Assembly: GCF_001447785.1 (NCBI RefSeq)
Contig: NW_015164758.1
Coordinates: forward strand, 64,328-128,301
Source: Gekko japonicus
Lineage: Eukaryota
Length of the DNA stretch: 63,974 nucleotides
Direction: 5' to 3'
Made by a program: the position numbers and the translations under genes. The notes under the pieces are model-generated. The model worked only from the letters and a program-made list of their open reading frames with translations, searched no databases and was not told the origin of the DNA. Positions 11,551 through 25,603 of this stretch are shown here, in pieces (position 1 is the first letter of the stretch; each line of letters opens with the position of its first letter).

Positions 11551-13817
11551 AATATTTACAACAACAACTGTTTGTTTGCATCAGAAATACTTTTGGTACC
11601 TCCTGGAAATTATATGTCTGAGTGCATCCTGGAAACAATATGTCTGAAATACTTTTGGTATGTCCTGGAAATGATATGTTTGAGCGCTGAAATATTTTGG
11701 TCCCATCAGGTTCCCAAAGAGCAGAACATTATAACCTTTTAAAAATACTAATACTAGCCTAGGTAAGCATATAAAAGACCTATGTTTGACTTTACACAGT
11801 GAACAGATTGTAAAAACACACAGTTCATAAGACATTGCCAAACAATGGAAAACATGAATAAAATTCAAGTCGTGTCACAGCCCAGCCACAAATAGCTGTG
11901 TATAGTTTTCACAATATGAAATTAGCATTTTGCAAACTCTGTTTTGAGAATTAAAATCAATCTCACAATTAAATATTGTTTTAAGCTACTTTGCAGTTAT
12001 CTTTTTACAAATCTCACAATTATGGAAGTTTAATAGACTGAAATAGAAAAATCAATTTTGGCTTGAGAGAATTATGAACAGTCAAGGTGATGAACAACGA
12101 ACAATAGCTGCTATACTGTTAGCTGTAATCATTTCCATCCTGCACCTCTGCAAAACTGATTGCAATTCAGAATAGATTTTAACTTTTAATTCATAACATG
12201 GGTTAAATAAAGACAAGCTTCTCTGATTCCTCTTGGTTGCCTCCTTATTCAAAAGTTTAAAAACTAGATTCTTGTTTCTTCTTAAAAGCAACTGTTTTGA
12301 AATTATACTAGTAGCAATCCAATGTGCATGCAAGTCTTAATATGTGCAAAATCAAAGATAGATACACCTCGACATGAAAGTACTATACATATTTTTCAGT
12401 ATTCTAGATGTCATTAGCTCACAATCTCCCTCGGAGTTTTTCACCCACTATGGAAAATAAATCAATTTAATGGGCATCCAATTTTTATAGTTAACTCTTG
12501 TGTGTCAGATATGCTGAGAAAACACCTGCCTCCAGTTGTCACATAATAACAGACAGAACCCACGAGCAAGAGATCTTCAAAGGAAACCAAAGGCTGTACA
12601 AAATGATGTGGCACGCAATGCTTTCTTCCCTAAGCCAGACATATAGCAACTGTCATGGACTCCAACTCCAGAGGGAAGGAGCCCTAAATTCAGATCCAAT
12701 GCCTCAGCCATACAGCTGGCCCTGGCAGTGCCAAAACATCTGTTAACTGATATGCATATTGAACTGATCCCACGAGGTGTCCACACAGCAGCCCCAGAAG
12801 CTATGAAAACTCGGGTTTTGCACACGTGAACATGTTTGCCCACATGCGTCAACTTTGCAAAAAGCACAAAGACGGCTGATAACAAAAGCACTGTTGTGAA
12901 AGCAGATAAGGTCTATGGAGAAACAAGGCGGCACCAGAGAGGTACTCTTGTTTAACAGATTAGTTCTTGCATCAAATTTTAAAAGACTCTTACAGCACTC
13001 TTTGTAAGAGCTTACCTTAATTGAAAACAGCTGCTGACACCACAACTCATTATGATGTACAACTGAGACGATATTATTGAATTTACTTGTATGCTATTTA
13101 GAGTCCTACAGAATTAGAGTTTTTGGTTAAAAATGGGGGGGGATTTTCACATGTGACTATGAAATCCCCTTTTAGTTAGGAATCACGGTATTTAACGTAA
13201 TTATACAAGCACCAAAGACTTTGCATGTCCCTACTGAATTGCATTAAGATTTAAAAGTGGCACTTACTGGTACAGTACAATCTATTTTGAAGGCATGTAA
13301 TGTTTTGAAGCAAAATAACAGAAATAGTATACAAAATAGAATTGCATATGTTGTGTATGGTCCTCCAGATGAATGAGGTCATGTCTGTAAATCCTGATAG
13401 AAATGTCCAATAGGATATCGCTCTTAGTAGCCAGAAAAAAATGGTATACCATCTGAATTGAAGAAAAATCCAAGAGTGGTTCAGAATATACAGTGTACAA
13501 TCATGAACAAAGCAAACAGCTTAAAAAACACTTCAAGAAATCCTTCAACGTGCTGTATCAATAGTGTACACCGGCTCCATTATCTTAAGCATATTCTTCA
13601 TGTCCTCAACACAGTCAACAGAGACTGGCATTGGCCTTTACACTGTACTGAAGCTAGACTAGACAAAAGTTTCCGAGTGCCCTGGGGGGGAAAAGAGGTG
13701 TTCATAGTGCACAGTAAGACTATGTACAACTATTTACCACATCCACAGAAATCCTGGGCTAATCACTGGTCTTCCTATGTTGTATAAAAAGGCAGCCATA
13801 TCCTTCTGTTCCCTCAG

Positions 13818-13825
13818 TGAGGTAG
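13818..13825 (-). promoter_or_regulatory. let-7/miR-98 8mer site (CUACCUCA), 78 nt after the stop
   Basis: tgaggtag on +; TGFBR1 is an established let-7 target. Confidence 0.8.
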
Positions 13826-13902
13826 AACAATTAGCTTTCTCAACGCACAAGCTAAGTGCAGATGCAGACTTTTAAGAGTTTCCTTAAGTACCGCCTCCAA
13901 AA

Positions 13903-14142
<240 letters not shown>

Positions 14143-14336
14143 CTAAAGGCATACAGTGAATCTATCTTCTTTAATAAGGCACGGAAAGCTCAGCAAGAAT
14201 ATGCAAGCAGATTGCTTTAAATAGTTCTAAGCACTTAAACTTCAACAATACTACTAAAACTAATAAGAAGAGGAAGAGGAACACGCTGTTCAGTTGCAAC
14301 TGATTTATGGTGACTGACCCCATCCATGGGCAGAAG

Positions 14337-14610
14337 AGCAGAAGAGATTGGATTTATACCCCGCCCTTCACTCGGGAGTCTCAGTGTGGCTTACAAGTTC
14401 CTTCTCTTCCTCTCCCCACAAAAGACACCCTGTGAGGTAGGTGGGGCTGAGAGAACTCTGACTGAGAACTGATCTTGAGAGAACAGCTCCGAGAGATCTT
14501 GTGACTGACCCAAGGTCACACCAGCAGCTGCATGTGGAGGCGTGGGGAATCAAACCCAGTTCTCCCAGATTAGAGTCTGTGAACTTAACCACTACACCAA
14601 ACTGGCTCTC
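14337..14610 (-). mobile_element. tRNA-derived SINE with L2-like tail (Squam3-like); other copies at ~22880-23119, 25756-26028, 28470-28790, 48097-48370, 49574-49860, 50320-50585 (-) and 56975-57257, 63409-63556 (+)
   Basis: Head ccagtttggtgtagtggttaag...ggtttgattcccc; tail gggcggggtataaatccaatctcttcttc. Confidence 0.88.
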
Positions 14611-14699
14611 AGTGCCTTGCCATCGTCTTCTCCACACAGCAACCTCAGTCCTCCTTGGATGTCTGCCATCCAAGTACTGAAAATGGCCGACCCTGCTTA

Positions 14700-14936
<237 letters not shown>

Positions 14937-14939
14937 TTA

Positions 14940-15137
<198 letters not shown>

Positions 15138-15458
15138 CTATCCGGAAGCAGCTACACATACCGAGCCAATTCAGAAAGTTAATATTAACTTAAGCATTAT
15201 GCCCAGTGACAGCCTCATGAACATTTACACTGACCTAAATCTACTTTTCAACCCAAACCACATCTCAGTGCTTCTATCTGAAAAACAACCAACTATTATA
15301 ATAATAGTATATTTATTTAACATATTACCTACTGATGTGCGTTAACTTGATTGAGACCGAAGAAAAACTTACTGGCACAGATTTTGATTTATACAGTCAA
15401 ACCCTATTTATCCTCTCATTTACCTACAGGGGAGGGGAGGGCCTGCAATGGGGTATAA

Positions 15459-15747
15459 CAGTGATGGCGAACCTTTTAGAGACTGAGTGCCCAAACTGTG
15501 ACCCAAACCCCACTTAACCTGAATACTGACGTTTTACTTTAGAAAAAACAACTCATACATTCACTTAAGATGATCCAAACAAAGGAAGGAAAGCAATCCC
15601 AAATGCTTTCATTGACTTAAAATTATTTGGCAGAGAATTCGACACTTTACTGATGGTCTGGGCCTGGCTGGGGCGATGCCACGCGTGCCCACAGAGAGGG
15701 CTCTGAGTGCCACCTCTGGCACCCGTGCCATAGGTTCGCCACCACTG
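15459..15747 (-). mobile_element. hAT MITE, same family as 8727 (another end fragment at 18367-18475)
   Basis: Same TIR; 8-bp TSD GGGTATAA. Confidence 0.9.
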
Positions 15748-15865
15748 GGGTATAATGTCATAAAGCCCAACTTTCAAAGCAGCCATTTTCTCCAGTTGAA
15801 CTGGTCTCTGTCTCCTGGAGAGCAGCTGTAATCCCATGAGATCTCCAGCCAGCACCTGGAGGCTG

Positions 15866-16202
15866 AGAAGAAGCAAACAACCGTGATGTATTATGCCAAA
15901 AAAGTCTCCAAAGACTAGATTCAAACGCCATCAACACCCAACGAACCGTGCATATTGTATCTCGTTTCATGTATAACTTTATCAAAGTGGGCAGCATCGA
16001 AATACAATATTAATCCATTTGACAAACTCTCTAGTAGTATCTCATAGTGACACTCATCAAATGAGATGAGATTTCAACGCCACCCACTTTGATAAAAGTT
16101 ATAAACGAAACAATATGCACGGTTCGTTGGGTGTTGATGGCGTTTGAATCTAGTCTTTGGAGACTTTTTTGGCATAATACATCGCGGTTGTTTGCTTCTT
16201 CT
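15866..16202. repeat. Fold-back element in intron 6 (arms ~140-150 bp)
   Basis: agaagaagcaaacaaccgtgatg... is the near-perfect reverse complement of ...catcgcggttgtttgcttcttct. Confidence 0.9.
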
Positions 16203-17009
16203 TAACTTCCATCCCATGATCTCTCTCTTTGGTTTGCAGCACCTGGAGGTTGGCAACCCAACTGTGCGGCAATGAAGCCACTTAAACACAATGGCTACAG
16301 CAGAGCGGGCAGCCAGTCCTATGGGAAGGCATAATCATCGGACTCTTCCCTTGGTGTCTCTATGCCTCTGGTGCCTAAGAGCACATAGAGAGGCGCTTTC
16401 TTTAGCATAAGGTGGTAGAGCAACCAACACCTGCCAGTGCCTTACCTAGACAGCAGCTACGGAAAGGAAAGGGGACATTCAACTTCCTTGAAGTATCTGA
16501 AGAATATTTCTTGTCTAATATCACTCTGGCCACTAGAGTGCACTGTAAGACCGCAAGCAAACATAAAAGGTACCCACAGAAAAAGAAAGCTGAAACTGGG
16601 AAGATTTAGGTCTTGTTGCCACTAACAGCAGGAAAGGTGGGAAATGCCTCAGGGCTATCCAGATTAAGATTTGCTTGTAGAGGTTCGTGTGATGGTATGC
16701 TTCTCCAGACAAAAACAATCCCTGCATGTAGAGGACTGGCTTCTCAAGGAAAAGCCTAGGCTTCTTCCAAACATAGAGTTACGTGCATGGATTTTTTTTG
16801 GGGGGGGGGTATGGAAGAACAATCCACAGTATTAACTCACGCCTGTACTCTCAAGTGGTAAGACTGGTTTTCCACTTCACCTGCTATGCAAAGCTGTAAT
16901 AGCTCAGCCACCTAACTGTCCTCAGACACTAAGACAACGGCAGAGAAAGCAGACACCTTGTCTCTCCAAGGACCTGGGCATTTTTCAACCACCTGTGTCA
17001 GTGCAGATT

Positions 17010-17828
17010 AGGAGTGTGCATGGAAAAAAATCGGCTTTGTTGGATTCGGGTCCAGTAGACCCGAAAAATATCAGTATATCCCGATATTCCTGAATCCCAA
17101 TATTGGTATGATACTGGGATTTGGGTAAATAATCGGGAAACCTGAATTCATTCAGCATTTCAAAACGCCTTCTTCTCTTTTAACTTTATTCAGCATAAAA
17201 AATGCCTTCTCCCTTCACTGATGGAGGTGTGCCGCCACCACAGCACAACTCTCCACGAGTCAAGGGAAGTTAAATGCCTTCTCCCTTCACTGATGGAGGC
17301 GTGCCGCCACCACAGTGCGACTTTGCAAGTGAAGGGAAGGCATTTAAAAATGCCTTCACTTTACTGGTGGAGCTGTGCTGTGCCGACACCGGCAAAGGGA
17401 ATGCCTTCTCCAAGCCACGGTGGCACCACTGCGGCGGTGTAACTTGGCGATATAGCTGGCCTGAATAAAAGCCAAACCATATCAGCTTTTATTGAGGCCA
17501 GCTATATCAGCAGTCAATGTGCGACTTTACAAGTGAAGGGAAGGCATTTAGAAATGCCTTCACTTTACTTGTGCAGTTGTGCCGTGCCGACACCAGCAAA
17601 GGGAATGCCTTCTCCAAGCCACGGTGGCACCACTGCGGCGGTGTAACTTGGCGATATAGCTGGCCTGAATAAAAGCCAAACCATATCAGCTTTTATTGAG
17701 GCCAGCTATATCAGCAGTCAAATCAGCTTGTCTAATCTGCATTCGGCTGAATAAATACCCCCAAAATACCGATAAGGTATTCTTCAGGTATTTATTTGGT
17801 GTGGTTTATACTGAATCCACACCCTTAG
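17010..17828. mobile_element. Probable non-autonomous DNA transposon with ~203-bp internal tandem duplication (relative at ~36440-36948)
   Basis: TAGGAGTGTGCA ... CACACCCTTA ends; 17316-17516 repeated at 17519-17720. Confidence 0.55.
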
Positions 17829-18632
17829 TGTACAGTCAGGTGGCCAGCTGTGTTGGTCTGAATCAGCAGAGCAAAGTTTGAGTTCAGGGGCACCTCTAAG
17901 ACCAAATGTTTTTTGTTCTGGGTATAAACTTTCATGTGTATTCACGCTCCTTCAGTGTTAGGGCAGTGTCTCAGGAGGAGGGCACTACTCCACCCATTCA
18001 AGATAATCTGCTAGGCAGAGGACATGAAAAATAGATAAAAGGGATTTGTTACAGCCACACCCTGGCCTTTACCTAAGAACTGGCAGCAGATGGACCCCCA
18101 TCAAGTAGGTTAGGATGCAAAACGGAAGATTTGTCTTCACTTACCGTGAAGCTTCCTTCTCGGTGGTCCTGGAGTGGGGCGGTCCTCACGAGTGGGTAGC
18201 TCCTCCCTCCTCCGGAAGCAGGGTTGATTGGCAGAATTTGATCCCGGAGAGGAGGGGCTTGCCCACAGATCGTCAGTCCATATCCAAGCCATGCCTCCCA
18301 TCGACAACTCTCATACATGAGGAAAAAAGAGAAGGAAAAACACCCCTTCCCCAACTAACCCATAAAGTAAAACCTCAGCATTCAGGTTAAATTGCCGTGT
18401 TGGCACTTTGCGATAAATAAGTGGGTTTTGGGTCGCAGTTTGGGCACTCGGTCTCTAAAAGGTTCACCATCACTGATCTAGACTTTTCACTTTGAAACCC
18501 AGGAAGGTCTGGTTTCCACAGACCCTGGAGGGTTCCTGCACAGTTGCTTTTAAATTGAGAGCCATGATAACCAGCCTTCTTACAATAAATAAGTATATTC
18601 TTTTCTTTCTTTTTTTTAAGAGAATGATCTTA

Positions 18633-18818
<186 letters not shown>

Positions 18819-19214
18819 TTATAAACAGAAATGCCTTGCATGGTTACACACTGAAATTCAAATTCAGTGTTGAATTTGGGCTCGTTTCTGGTGTTAAATT
18901 AAGCAATTTGCATAACCATATTCCTAATTCTGTGGGCATTGTTTGAAACCATAGAGTGAAATGACAAACACCTGAAATAATCTCTACAACATAAAAAAAA
19001 CCCAAACAAAATTACTGAGGTAACATGAAGCAAAGCTCTTTAAATCCTTCTGGAAAACGCTATCAAATTATCGCCACTGTTGATATTGCTACAAACAAAG
19101 GCCTTGTGCTTTCTCATCATGAAGCCAGATTGATCTGACGGTCTCAGATTAAAAAAAATAAGGCCCCATGCACTGCACTGATACCGGGGCTGAGCTCGCT
19201 GAATGAGTTATACC

Positions 19215-19420
19215 CAATGCTCCCTCTAAGCTGTGGAGTCTTGTGAGCAAAAATTCTACTTTCGGAGCTCCTAGCATTAAAGTTGTGAGCAAGCGATTTG
19301 GCTGCTGCATAAACTAGTTTGTTCTGGAGCCCTCCTTCCTGAGCTAAGACAAAGATGTGTGAGCCAGAGGCTAAAAAACTGTGAGCTAGCTCACACTAAC
19401 TCAGCTTAGAGGGAACACTG
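19215..19420 (-). mobile_element. hAT MITE, CAGTGTTCCCTCTAAGCTG family
   Basis: Full-length similarity to the 24133 copy; TSD not preserved. Confidence 0.85.
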
Positions 19421-20373
19421 CCCAGGACTCAGTAAAGTCCATGTAAGGTTGCCAGGAACAGATCAAGAGATGGACTGTATCTTTAGTTACTGAAGTATCC
19501 ACACAGAGAAGTACCATACAACAGTGTTTACCAACCTGTGGGTCAGGACCCAAAAGTGGGTCACAAAGCCTCTGCAAAGTGGGCCGTGGGCCAGCCCACC
19601 CTAATGGCCACCCTAATGGCCCTTTTCCACTGTGCACTTTTGTATCTTGGAAACCAAGATCCAAATCTGGATATTGTACCTTCCATTTTTTCTTCACTGC
19701 ATATACATGTTGATCAAGCAAAATGTGCCCTGGTGGTCACTGGAATGAGTGAGAATCTTAGGGGGGATTAGAGGGAATAATGGAGAAGGAGAGGGCAGTC
19801 AGAGGTTGGAATGGAACCCTCATATGCAAAGGCTGTGTATGTTGGAATGCCGCTTGCCTGGGGTTCATAGTGGGGACAGCTGCACCCTTCGTGGAATGGT
19901 TCCTGGTTTCTCAAAAACATTTGGTATAGCCACAGTAGAAAATGGAATGCCAGACTAGATGGGTGCCAAGGTCATAGTTTGCCCAGGTCACCAAAAAACC
20001 TTGGGCCAGCCTTGGATGGGCCACCATACCAAGTAAATTTGGTCCTGTGGGTCACCGTCCCAAAAATGCTGGGAACTGCTCCTATACAGTACTGGCATGT
20101 CCCGTTCCAGTGCTTGAGCATTCCTTTTGTCCACCTTTCTCTCTTGTCTACTGGAGCAAAAAGTCAATCCTGTTTAGATCCCACCTTTCCTATACTGAGC
20201 CCCTTCCAGCATAAAGTTCCACCCTCCTCCCTTGTATCCACCCAACAGCCCCGAGGGAGATCAGGCACAGACAGCATGACTGGCCCACAATCAACCTGCA
20301 AGCTGAGTGAGGATCTAAACCCAGGTCTCCTGGTTCTACTCCAACAATCTAACCACTACACCGCAGTGGCACC

Positions 20374-20590
20374 CAGTACCAGATTTACGCATAAGCTAAA
20401 TAAGCTACAGCTTAGGGCCTCGCAATCTGCTGGGGCCTCGAATAAAAACACAATATAACAAATGATTTCAAATATTAAAAAGGCGTATATAATTTAAAGT
20501 TTTCTGAGACCAGCTGATGTAATTTAAAACAGTAGGGAGCTTCTGGGTTTTGTATAGCTTAGGGCCTCAGCAAGTCTAAATCCGGCCCTG
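20374..20590. mobile_element. hAT MITE
   Basis: TIR like CAGGGCCGGATTTA; 8-bp TSD GTGGCACC. Confidence 0.85.
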
Positions 20591-21286
20591 GTGGCACCCC
20601 ACAACTAGACAAAAAGGGCAGATGAACTGGCTGCTGGGGAAAGAGCCCCTCCGACTCATACTGCCTTACTGCCAATCTTAGTATTAGTTAAAGTACCCAC
20701 TTGGAAACAATCACAGTTGGGTGACTGGAAGTCTATCCACACGACTACGGAGCAAGATTTACTAAAACGACCCATTCCTTTGCTGCTATTCAGAGACCAC
20801 ATACAGAAATCTGGGGTGCGCTCAGGAAGTACCTGCATTTGATGTGGTCTGATTTTACGGCCCACAGAAAAAAATAATCTATAACTGAAATTAGCCAAGC
20901 AGGAGTTAGGAGTTTTTTGTTTTGTTCAGATTAAAAATGAAACTAAAGGGGAAACTGACCAAAATTGTTTCAAACAGAGAGTTAAGAGGGGAAGAGAAAC
21001 AGGGAATATTATGCAACACATTATAATTGAAACTGAACAGACTTATTGATTGATAAATGTACTTTACCAGAATGGATATTCTTTGAGAGCAAAATCTGAG
21101 TGATGTCAGGGGGTGTGGCCTTCTGTCACTTCCGGTGATGTCAGGGGGCGTGGCATATGCAAATAAGTTATGCTAATGAGTTATGCTAATGAGCTCCGGC
21201 AGCTCTTTTTCTACAACAAGACCCCTGACCGGAATGGATATTCTTTGAGAGCAAAATCTGAACTTCATACAATGTTTTTCCTTCTA

Positions 21287-21550
<264 letters not shown>

Positions 21551-22007
21551 TTAAAAACCAAAATCCTAACAACTCATACCTGGTCAGTATGTCATTCAAC
21601 AATGAATAGAAAGTACCATACATCTCCTTGGAACAAGAAATGGCAACGGCTGCAGTCCTACACACTGTTAAGCTGCTTAAATTTAATTGATGTCAATCAA
21701 AATTACACAGCCAACAGATGCAGTACTGAGGATACATATTATATGCTTTTGAGACCGGAATGCTTGGAATGTTTGACGTACAAACCACTAGTAGCATTTT
21801 ACACAAGAGAGAGGAATTTATTTTTCATTACAAGTATATGAATTTTCCCCGCAGTTCTCTTCTGTACTGAGAAATTCAGGGCTCATTCTTGTAGCACTTT
21901 ATCTGGAACCATGCAAATGCTCTCCATTTCTCACTTATGATATGCAAAAACTGCAACCTGGATGGCATCATGAATTTTACAAGCCACGGAAATCAGGAAT
22001 CTTCCTA

Positions 22008-22283
<276 letters not shown>

Positions 22284-23697
22284 TCATCGCTTGAGCGATT
22301 GATAAAAAAGTTTGTGACTTTAAGCTTATCTCTCATTCCACAAAGAGTCAGCTGGATTTTGGTACCCTTCTTCTGACCTGAGGCAGAAGAGGGGGGATTT
22401 GTCTGATCTCCCACCTCACTGCAGCACCTATTTCCATGGGATGTTTTCTTCACACAAGATCCTAATCCCTGATACAGCCTTCTCAGGGATGTTAAGGAGC
22501 AATGGGGGAAGGGGGACAAAATGCTTCCAACCAGCAGAAAAATGACATGATCCGTCCCAAATTATATAGAAAGTGGAATCTTACTAGTCTTTACAGTGTA
22601 TATTACCCCCACACGTTCCCACATGTGGGTGGCTATGCTATTTCAAAAAAACAACAAAAGGGAGACATCTCTTCCACATTTAATCAAAACATCCATGTCC
22701 AGTCTAGTTATACTAATCCAACTGATTTGTCCATATACCTTGTGAGTTACTTTAACAGAGAGAGGCATTTTTAATATAAATGCATTCTAATTTTGAATGT
22801 GCTTTTTTCAGCCTTCTTCAATACAAGAGGCATGATTTAATGTAATACAAGTGACGCCACAGAAAGCAAGTGTGAAGAAGATGAAGAAGAGTTGAATTTA
22901 TACCCCGCCCTTTACTCAGAGTCTCACAGCAGCTTCCAGTCTCCTTCTCTTCCTCTCCCCACAACAGACATCCTGTGTGAGGTAGGTGGGGCTGAGAGAG
23001 CTCTGAGAGAACTGTGACTGACCCAAGGTCACCCAGCTGGCTGCATGTGGAGGAGTGGGGAATCAAACCAGGTTCTCCGGAGTAGAGTCCACCACTCTTA
23101 ACCACTACACCAAACTGGCACTGAAACAGATGAGTGGACAACTGGGACTACAGAATATCATGCACAGTTCTTCCAATAAAAATAATTTCAATGTAAAGCT
23201 ATGAATCTGTTTGACTGTAACATTTAAACCACATTTTTTCCCTCATCAAATATTTCAGCTCACGTGTCTGTTGCTATTGGGACATAAAACTAACATGGGG
23301 TAGTCCTAAATTTTTGTTTATTAAATAAAAGTCAAAACAAATATGCTAAATCAGACTGTGTTCTATTTAAGGCATCAAAAAATTTCCAATTCATATATTT
23401 CTGGAAAATCTACATCACTGTTTCCAGACCATCAAAGAAACCATTCCTAAACCAGGAACTACAAACCAGATCTCCTTCTGGGGCAAAGTTTTTGAGGGGT
23501 TAGAAGCTGTTCAATCTTGGAAGAGACTAATTTTTGAGATCTAGTTCAATCCCGCTTCAGGCCTGGTTTAGAAACAGATACAGTGTTGGCCACCTGGACA
23601 ATAAACATAATTGGGACAATCAATGGGGAGAGTGATAGGGGGAGTGTATCCCTATTGATTCACCTGTAATTTTTAACCACCTTTGATTCTACCAACT

Positions 23698-23904
23698 CAG
23701 TGTTCCCTCTAAGCTGAGTTAGTGTGAGCTAGCTCACAGTTTTGTAGCCTCCGGCTCACATTTTTGTTGTCTTAGCTCTGGAAGGATGGCTCCAGAGCAA
23801 ACTAATTTATGCAGCGGCCAAATTGCTTGCTCACAACTTTAATGCCAGTAGCTCACAAAGCAGACGCTCTGCTCACAAGACTCCACAGTTTAGAGGGAGC
23901 ATGG
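23698..23904 (+). mobile_element. hAT MITE, CAGTGTTCCCTCTAAGCTG family
   Basis: Reverse-complement similarity to the neighbouring 24133 copy. Confidence 0.85.
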
Positions 23905-24132
23905 CCCACCATGGTAAACGTACGGAGCATTTGCTAGAACAGGAATTGCTAGAACACTCCAGCAGTTCCTATCGAATCTGGCTGACTGGTTCCAGAAGGA
24001 GGTGCTGGGGAATTCGTACTTGGCTCTGTAATTGTCAAGGTTTCTCTCTCACTCCAGTCCAGGGATGGGAGTTAAACCAAGCATTCAGCAACAATTAAAC
24101 AAACCCCAGGAGAATGTCTGTGCACTCTCCAG

Positions 24133-24339
24133 CAATGTTCCCTGTAAGCTGTGGAGTCCTGTGAGCAAAAATTCTACTTTGTGACCTACTGGCCTTAAAG
24201 TTGTGAGCGAGCCATTTTGCACCTGTATAGATCAGTTAGCTCTGGAGCCATTCCTTCCTGAGCAAAGACAAAAATGTGTGAGCCGGAGGCTAAAAAATGG
24301 TGAGCTAGCTCACACTAACTCAGCTTAGATGGAACACTG
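24133..24339 (-). mobile_element. ~205-bp hAT MITE (CAGTGTTCCCTCTAAGCTG family)
   Basis: TIRs and 8-bp TSD CTCTCCAG. Confidence 0.9.
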
Positions 24340-24967
24340 CTCTCCAGGCTTTTCCAGTAGTTACTGCCACCAGGATCTCAAAAGTCCCCACCAAGGTCAG
24401 GAGCAGAGATCCCACCTCCTGCCTGATTTATCGGACTTACCAAATTCACCAGCTCTGTACTAGAGCTGCAAACAATTAATTAACACAGTGGTAGCCTCCT
24501 TAGGCGAACGGCTTAGACACAAGATTCAGTCTTAGAAATCAGGTTGCAACAGAGGAAACAAGTCCAGATAATATTGATTATCAGTGGAAACAATATCCTG
24601 TTGCTCTTAGGAGATATTTCCTGTTGCTCTTAGGAGATATTTCCAAAATCCACAATTAGGGCAACTGCTCAAGAGGTTCCGCTCATTCTTGAGAGTTCCA
24701 AGATGATGGCGACTGGTCACTTTTTCCGGGGAGTCTCCTGCCTTTTTTTTTTTAAATGCTCAATATGTATACGAAGCCGGTCAGTGGGAGCCTGCAAATA
24801 TCCAGACTAAACAGCCCTGTATATGACAACGGCATCAGCTCTTTCATACCTTAGCCTGAAGACGGGGGGGGGATGTATTTGGGCCAGCCACCAAAGTTAA
24901 ATTTCAAACTGTCTTTGGTTATTTTAGATTCAGGTGGTCTGTATTGGTCTGAAACAGCAAAAATGAA

Positions 24968-25087
24968 GTTTGAGTCCAGTGGCACCTTTAAGACCAACAA
25001 AGTTTTCTTCTGGGTATAAGCTTTTGTGTGCCATACCCAGAATAAAATGTTGTTGGTCTTAAAAGTGCCACTAGACCCAAATTTTGT
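24968..25087. repeat. Short palindrome of the same Penelope-derived family (fragments also at ~17880, ~43930, ~46480-46890, ~60500)
   Basis: gtccagtggcacctttaagaccaacaa ... ttgttggtcttaaaagtgccactagac. Confidence 0.7.
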
Positions 25088-25360
25088 TTGGTATTTTACT
25101 TCATTTAAAATCCAGAGACAGATTTCCTTCTATAAGCAAGATGTATGTTTCTTAATATCAAACTACCTATTGTACCACAAAGAGATGCTGCCTCTAGCTA
25201 CAACCACAACTTCGCAATGACGGAAGTCCTAGTTATTATTTCTACAAAGGCCCTATTTTTCCCTTTTATTTAGCAAGCAGTTGTATTAGTGCATTGCTAT
25301 TAATCACACTGGCTTTTAAATAAAGAGATTTACCGTCATGCATTAAAAAAACTACATTAC

Positions 25361-25603
25361 CTGAACCAGAGCCTGAAGTAGTCATATCATAAATTAAATC
25401 TTTTAAAGTGGTGCCCTCGGATATGAAGGGGCGATCCATGGAAGGATCTTCTTCACTTGGAACACGGTGGTGTATAACAGCACGATTATGGCAGATATAC
25501 AGAATCAACATGAGTGAAATGCAAACAAAACAGACCGGTCCAGCAATAACAGCAGCCAGTTCCACTGGTCCTAAATTAGAAGCAAGCTTTCCTGGTGCAG
25601 GAC
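25361..25603 (-). CDS. TGFBR1: TGFBR1 exon 3 (transmembrane helix and GS domain); alternative acceptor starts the exon at 25591
   Basis: ttctag|GT CCT GCA CCA GGA ... TCA G|gtaatg; [26 protein letters not shown]...[13 protein letters not shown]; 243 or 231 nt. Confidence 0.96.

Larger units (their letters stand above)
10350..13902 (-). other. TGFBR1: TGFBR1 3'UTR (~3.55 kb)
   Basis: AT-rich sequence with no recognisable transposons from the stop codon to a poly(A) signal; many miRNA seed matches. Confidence 0.75.

Noticed and set aside
18110-18300. Possible DIRS-type terminal fragment with a sense-strand GTAAGT
   Set aside because: Resemblance from memory only; no boundaries or coding motifs support it.
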